DNA of 64,000 nucleotides from a virus (Duplodnaviria; Caudoviricetes): IMG/VR virus record IMGVR_UViG_3300027374_000478, positions 95,092 to 159,091 of that record; one strand, 5' to 3'. Shown piece by piece: positions 59,446 to 64,000 of this stretch (position 1 is its first letter; each line of letters starts with the position of its first letter). The notes under the pieces were generated by a model. It saw only the letters and a program-made list of their open reading frames with translations, ran no database searches and was not told where the DNA came from. The position numbers and the translations under genes were made by a program.

Positions 59446-61662
59446 TTGACAGTACAAAAAAGAGATGGACGTAAAGTTAAATTTGATAAAGAGAAGATAG
59501 AGATAGCTGTACTAAAAGCATTTAGTGATGTAGATGGTAAAGAAACGACTTATGCAAAAGAAAAGGCCAGAAACATTGCTGAGCACATAGAATCTCTAAA
59601 TAAGAGTATGACAGTGGAGGAGATTCAGGATCAGGTTGAAGAGGGACTGATGGAGAGTGATCGTAAAGATGTTGCAAGAAGATATATCATATACAGAAAT
59701 GATAGGAACAAAGTTAGAGAAAGAAATAGTAGTGTCATTCAAAAAGTTATGAAAAGAGTTAACGCTTCTGATATAGAAAATGCTAACGCAAATGTAGATG
59801 AACGTTCATTTTCGGGAAGAGAAAAAGAAGCTTCTGCTGATATTGGAAAAACAATCGCACTTGAATATGGCGGATTGAGCGAGGAGGTAGCACAGGCACA
59901 TAAAGATATGTTGGTATATCAACATGATTTAGAGAAGGCAATCTATGGAATGCATAACTGTTTAAATCTGGATTTTGGTGAGATCTTTACATATGGGTTT
60001 AAAACAAGAAATGGGGATGTAAGACCACCTGCTTCTTTTAGCACAGCTTGCCAATTAGTTGCAGTCGCATTTCAATGTCAAAGCCAAGTGCAATTTGGTG
60101 GCGTTGGTTCTATTCACTTAGATTATGATCTGGCACCTTTTGTAAAAATGAGTTTTGCTAAACATTTCAAAGATGGTCTGAAATGGATTTATGGTTCATC
60201 AGAAGAATACATCAAAACCTTTCCTAAGAAGTTAGATGTAGATGATGAAAATGCACTGGTACATCCAAAAGTATATAAGTATGCTATTGAAATGCTCGAA
60301 TCTGAAGGAAGACAAGCCGCACAAGGACTTTTTCATAATTTGAATACATTGGAAAGCCGACAAGGGTCACAGGTTCCATTTACTTCAATTAATATAGGGC
60401 GAGACACTTCAGCAGAAGGGAGATTGGTCACAAAATGGATCATGGAAGCAAGCATTGATGGTATTGGACAACATCATTTGACAAGCATTTTTCCTATCAG
60501 TATTTTTCAATATAAAAATGGAATAAATGCAAATCCAGGTGATCCAAATTATGATTTAAAACAATTGGCTTTAGAATCTATGTCTAAAAGAATTTATCCT
60601 AACTGGGTTAATGGGAATTGGTCACAAGCACATGAGACAGAAGGGGAACCAGATACTTATTTAAGTACAATGGGCTGCCGCACGTTAATAGGGTATGATC
60701 GTCATGGACTTGGATATATTCGTCAAGGAAGAGGTAATAATGTACCGAATACGATCATTTTACCGAAACTGGGCATTGAATATGGTATTTGTCTTGGTAA
60801 AAGAAAAAGTGCAGATTTAGATGAATTTTGGAAAGCATTAGATAACGCCCTCCGCATTTGCGAAAAAGGATTGATAGAAAGATACGAGATCATCAAATCC
60901 CAGTCTCCTAAGTCAGCACCTTTCATGTACCAAAATAATACCATTAAAGGATCAAGAGAATGTAATGATACTGTTGAAAATGCAGTAAAACATGGAACAT
61001 TAGGATTTGGGATCATTGGGATGGCTGAAACTTGTGTTGCTCTATTTGGTAAAAATCATGCAGAAGATGAAGAAGTACATAAGTTTGCGTTATCTGTCGT
61101 AGAACATATTTACAACTATGCTAAAGACGCAAGCGATAGAAATGATTTAAATTTTGGAACGTATTTTACCCCAGCAGAAGGACTTTGCAGAACTGCATTA
61201 ACTGCATTAAGAAATCAATATGGTGTAATTGAAAATGTAACAAGTCATGAATTTATAACAAATAGTATTCATGTCCCAGTATGGCAAAAAATTTCAATTT
61301 ATGACAAATTGCGTGTAGAAGCACCTTTTACAAAATATGCAACATCTGGCTGTATAACGTATATTGAATTAGAATCAACATTCATAAAAAATACAAAAGC
61401 AGTAGAGGATATCATTGATTATGCTTTCAATGAATTAGATATTCCATATTTAGCTTTTAATTTTCCTATTGATAGTTGTTTGGACTGTGGGTTTCAGGGT
61501 GAATTTAATGATATCTGTCCAGAGTGTGGTAGCAAAAATATTCAACAATTAAGACGTGTAACTGGTTATCTTACTACTGATTATAGAAATTTTAATAATG
61601 GAAAACAAGCTGAGGTAAAAGAACGTGTAAAACATAGCGCATATACAGATTTTGGAGAATAA
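59446..61662 (+). CDS. nrdD: anaerobic ribonucleoside-triphosphate reductase
   Basis: ATP cone VQKRDG, MGCR, TPAEGL, CxxC..CPEC, RRVTGYL. Confidence 0.95.
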   Translation: MTVQKRDGRKVKFDKEKIEIAVLKAFSDVDGKETTYAKEKARNIAEHIESLNKSMTVEEIQDQVEEGLMESDRKDVARRYIIYRNDRNKVRERNSSVIQKVMKRVNASDIENANANVDERSFSGREKEASADIGKTIALEYGGLSEEVAQAHKDMLVYQHDLEKAIYGMHNCLNLDFGEIFTYGFKTRNGDVRPPASFSTACQLVAVAFQCQSQVQFGGVGSIHLDYDLAPFVKMSFAKHFKDGLKWIYGSSEEYIKTFPKKLDVDDENALVHPKVYKYAIEMLESEGRQAAQGLFHNLNTLESRQGSQVPFTSINIGRDTSAEGRLVTKWIMEASIDGIGQHHLTSIFPISIFQYKNGINANPGDPNYDLKQLALESMSKRIYPNWVNGNWSQAHETEGEPDTYLSTMGCRTLIGYDRHGLGYIRQGRGNNVPNTIILPKLGIEYGICLGKRKSADLDEFWKALDNALRICEKGLIERYEIIKSQSPKSAPFMYQNNTIKGSRECNDTVENAVKHGTLGFGIIGMAETCVALFGKNHAEDEEVHKFALSVVEHIYNYAKDASDRNDLNFGTYFTPAEGLCRTALTALRNQYGVIENVTSHEFITNSIHVPVWQKISIYDKLRVEAPFTKYATSGCITYIELESTFIKNTKAVEDIIDYAFNELDIPYLAFNFPIDSCLDCGFQGEFNDICPECGSKNIQQLRRVTGYLTTDYRNFNNGKQAEVKERVKHSAYTDFGE

Positions 61663-61665
61663 AAA

Positions 61666-62163
61666 ATGTTACATATAGCAGGGATCAACTATGAATCTAC
61701 TGTTGACGCTGAAGGAGTAGCCTGTACTATCTTCTTTAGTGGATGTGATCATTTTTGCCGTGGATGCCATTCTAAAGATACATGGGATTTTGATTATGGA
61801 AAAGTGATATCTAATAATTTAATCAGTATCATCAATTCTGAAATTGATAAAAGGCCATTTTTGTCAGCATTGGTACTTAGTGGTGGCGATCCGATGTATT
61901 CAGCAGTAGAAGTTAAAAATTTTATATCCAGAATCCATATCCCCAATAATAATATTTGGTGTTATACAGGATTCACGATAGAAGAAATCATAAAAGACTA
62001 TAAAATGAAGGACTTATTATATCTATGTGATGTTTTGGTAGATGGAAGATATATAGAATCACAACGCGATATCACACTACCCTACCGAGGAAGTAAAAAC
62101 CAAAGGGTTATTGATATTAAAAGATCATTACGACAAGGAAAGGTTGTCTTATGGTGCGATTAA
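61666..62163 (+). CDS. nrdG: anaerobic RNR activating enzyme
   Basis: GCDHFCRGCH, SGGDP, DVLVDG.Y, RGSKNQR. Confidence 0.93.
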   Translation: MLHIAGINYESTVDAEGVACTIFFSGCDHFCRGCHSKDTWDFDYGKVISNNLISIINSEIDKRPFLSALVLSGGDPMYSAVEVKNFISRIHIPNNNIWCYTGFTIEEIIKDYKMKDLLYLCDVLVDGRYIESQRDITLPYRGSKNQRVIDIKRSLRQGKVVLWCD

Positions 62164-62420
62164 AGAAGAAGGATATTTTATATTATGCAAGAACTATTCC
62201 CAAAACTAGAATTTATGAAGTATGTGAAGTTATAGTTAGAACTGTAAGAGATACATGGTTTGTTGCTGTGGACAAAAGAGATAAACGAGCGTATCTCTTT
62301 AACAACAATGATGTTGATAAAATTATATTTTTTGATAGAAATACTGCTTTGTTTAAAGTTAATAAGGCTGAAGAGTCTGAACCAAAAGAAAAATACGAAA
62401 TAGATTATGAAGAATACTAA
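62151..62420 (+). CDS. hypothetical protein
   Basis: 89-aa ORF overlapping the nrdG stop. Confidence 0.65.
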   Translation: MVRLKKKDILYYARTIPKTRIYEVCEVIVRTVRDTWFVAVDKRDKRAYLFNNNDVDKIIFFDRNTALFKVNKAEESEPKEKYEIDYEEY

Positions 62421-62434
62421 AGGGAGGTGATAAT

Positions 62435-63070
62435 ATAGCAAATTACTTAATATCCCATTATAAAGGAAAATATAGGATTAGAAGTGAATATGACAGAAGG
62501 GTAAATCAATTTCCCAGAAAACTTGATGACACATATGAAGATATAGACTGCTATATAGATTGCTATAATAATATTAAAATATTTTATTATGGAAAATCTA
62601 CTTTAGAAGCATATATTCCATCCAAAACAAGGGGACACAATATTATTAGTGCAATAGAAAAAGAACTTGGACAAGATATTATATGTAATAGGGAAGAGAA
62701 TGATGTGGAGGTATTATTTCAGTTTAAATCAAAATATATGTGTGCACTAGAAAAATATTTAAAACCTAAAACAAGTGGTTCAAATATCAGCCCATTCAGT
62801 TCAAGAAATCTACCTAAAAATAGGTCTTATAAAATATCAGATGAGGATTTGGTGAAATACAAAAAAATAGTTGAAAAAATAGATAAAAAACAAATAATAA
62901 CGCTTACACATACTACAAATAATTATTTGAAATCGTTGATAACAAGAAAAAATACTTGGGAAGATATTAAATCAGATATGGCATTAAAGGGGCTTTCTGG
63001 AAAGAATTATATTCATTCAATTGGTGAGTGGGATAGATATATAAGGTATTTAGAAAAGGAGTATATATAG
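62435..63070 (+). CDS. hypothetical protein (ATA start)
   Basis: GGAGGTG RBS; frame open from ATA 62435, 90 codons upstream of the ORF-track start. Confidence 0.7.
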   Translation: MANYLISHYKGKYRIRSEYDRRVNQFPRKLDDTYEDIDCYIDCYNNIKIFYYGKSTLEAYIPSKTRGHNIISAIEKELGQDIICNREENDVEVLFQFKSKYMCALEKYLKPKTSGSNISPFSSRNLPKNRSYKISDEDLVKYKKIVEKIDKKQIITLTHTTNNYLKSLITRKNTWEDIKSDMALKGLSGKNYIHSIGEWDRYIRYLEKEYI

Positions 63071-63144
63071 ACAACATGATAGATTGTTTGCGGATAGCAG
63101 ATGAAGAGTAGAGCAAGTGAGTATTACCAACAAGGAGGTAAAAA

Positions 63145-63483
63145 ATGTGTGAAATTGTTCTAAATAAAGACTATAAGACTGATGATTTGATAAAGTATGG
63201 ATTTAAAAAATATGGAACAAATTATAGATTAAATATTCCATTATATAGATATAAAGATATACCTGCAGTAAGTGCAAACTTTATAATTTCTGTTTCTGAT
63301 AATTACATAGTATATGATGTAATAGATAATAATTCTGGAGAGATTTATACACATTTTTACAATAGAACATATACAAATCCCAAACATAATAAAGTGTTAA
63401 AAGTGGTAATTAAAGAATTAAATCTTAATCTTGAAAAAATGAAAAGATTAAATATAATTTCCGATTACAGAAAGGTTAAATAA
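63145..63483 (+). CDS. hypothetical protein
   Basis: AAGGAGG RBS. Confidence 0.7.
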   Translation: MCEIVLNKDYKTDDLIKYGFKKYGTNYRLNIPLYRYKDIPAVSANFIISVSDNYIVYDVIDNNSGEIYTHFYNRTYTNPKHNKVLKVVIKELNLNLEKMKRLNIISDYRKVK

Positions 63484-63484
63484 A

Positions 63485-64000
63485 ATGATGAAAAGAATTG
63501 CAAGATTTGAAAAAATAAGTTTAAATCGGTTTATGAATGATTGGATTGATACATTTGGAAATAAATCTGATGAAATCATTACCGAGATATATAATAATAT
63601 AAAACTTCCACATAGAGCAACTAAAGGTTCGGCAGGATATGATTTCTTTTCTCCAAAAGATTTTACATTACATCCAGGATGTACAATAAAAATACCAACA
63701 GGAATCAGATGTAAAATGGAAGATGGTTGGATGCTTCAATGTTATCCGAGAAGTGGGCTTGGCTTTAAATATCGCATCCAGCTTAATAATACGGTGGGAA
63801 TTATCGATAGCGACTATTATGATTCTGATAATGAAGGGCATATATTTTTAAAATTAACCAATGATACCAATGAAACAAAAACGCTAAAAATTAAAAGGGG
63901 TGATGGAATTGCACAGGGGATTTTAGTTGAATATGGTATTACATATGATGATGTTGTTAGCGATATAAGAAACGGAGGCATGGGAAGCACTGGAAAATAA
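63485..64000 (+). CDS. dut: dUTPase (trimeric)
   Basis: SAGYD, PRSGLG, GIIDSDY, IAQG, RNGGMGSTG. Confidence 0.93.
   Translation: MMKRIARFEKISLNRFMNDWIDTFGNKSDEIITEIYNNIKLPHRATKGSAGYDFFSPKDFTLHPGCTIKIPTGIRCKMEDGWMLQCYPRSGLGFKYRIQLNNTVGIIDSDYYDSDNEGHIFLKLTNDTNETKTLKIKRGDGIAQGILVEYGITYDDVVSDIRNGGMGSTGK

Larger units (their letters stand above)
1..64000 (+). mobile_element. Segment of a large temperate phage/prophage with SPbeta-like replication and nucleotide-metabolism modules
   Basis: Dense co-directional small ORFs; gene order SSB-AAA-loader-helicase-primase-RecJ-DnaE; own ligA, thyA, nrdDG, dut; many MTases and homing endonucleases; no host housekeeping operons. Ends not in window. Confidence 0.85.

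Noticed and set aside
213-62441. Many short antisense or alternate-frame ORFs in the ORF track (e.g. 2883-3101, 15971-16288, 34721-35050, 40282-40788)
   Set aside because: They overlap well-supported genes or RNAs, lack RBSs and have shadow-ORF composition.
1-64000. tRNA/rRNA genes, integrase, virion structural genes
   Set aside because: None recognised in this window; the recombinase implied by the boundary sites would have to be encoded elsewhere.

Overview
This AT-rich 64 kb window reads as part of a large, partly decayed temperate phage or prophage of a low-GC Bacillota host (probably Clostridia; inferred). Nearly all genes are on the + strand. Bases 1-33.6 kb and 47.8-53 kb are an accessory region. 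It holds a complete diversity-generating retroelement (DGR), a retron-type RT with an upstream ncRNA and a 59-aa membrane peptide, about seven DNA methyltransferase genes, a PAPS-reductase-family gene, three radical SAM genes, a NACHT NTPase and a DUF4062 protein. Bases 33.9-47.8 kb are an SPbeta-like replication core (SSB-like, AAA ATPase, helicase, primase, RecJ, DnaE, GIY-YIG, RecD2). Bases 53-64 kb carry ligA, thyA, folD, nrdD/nrdG, dut and three HPr-like genes. The strongest unexplained signal is about 35 co-oriented copies of a 16-bp site, T(G/A)AAA-N6-TTT(C/T)A, at gene boundaries. They divide the accessory region into cassettes, were not seen in the replication core, and one coincides with the breakpoint of a truncated kinase gene. 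This suggests an integron/pdif-like cassette system; no recombinase is visible in the window. Other candidate novel systems are: two radical SAM cassettes whose five partner proteins share an N-terminal F(E/V)TNSSS motif; a circularly permuted C5 methyltransferase with a canonical -1 frameshift signal; a family of double-palindrome leaders ahead of DNA-modification genes; three dispersed tandem NrdR-box pairs; and recurrent ATA start codons. All calls come from reading the sequence; no searches were run.
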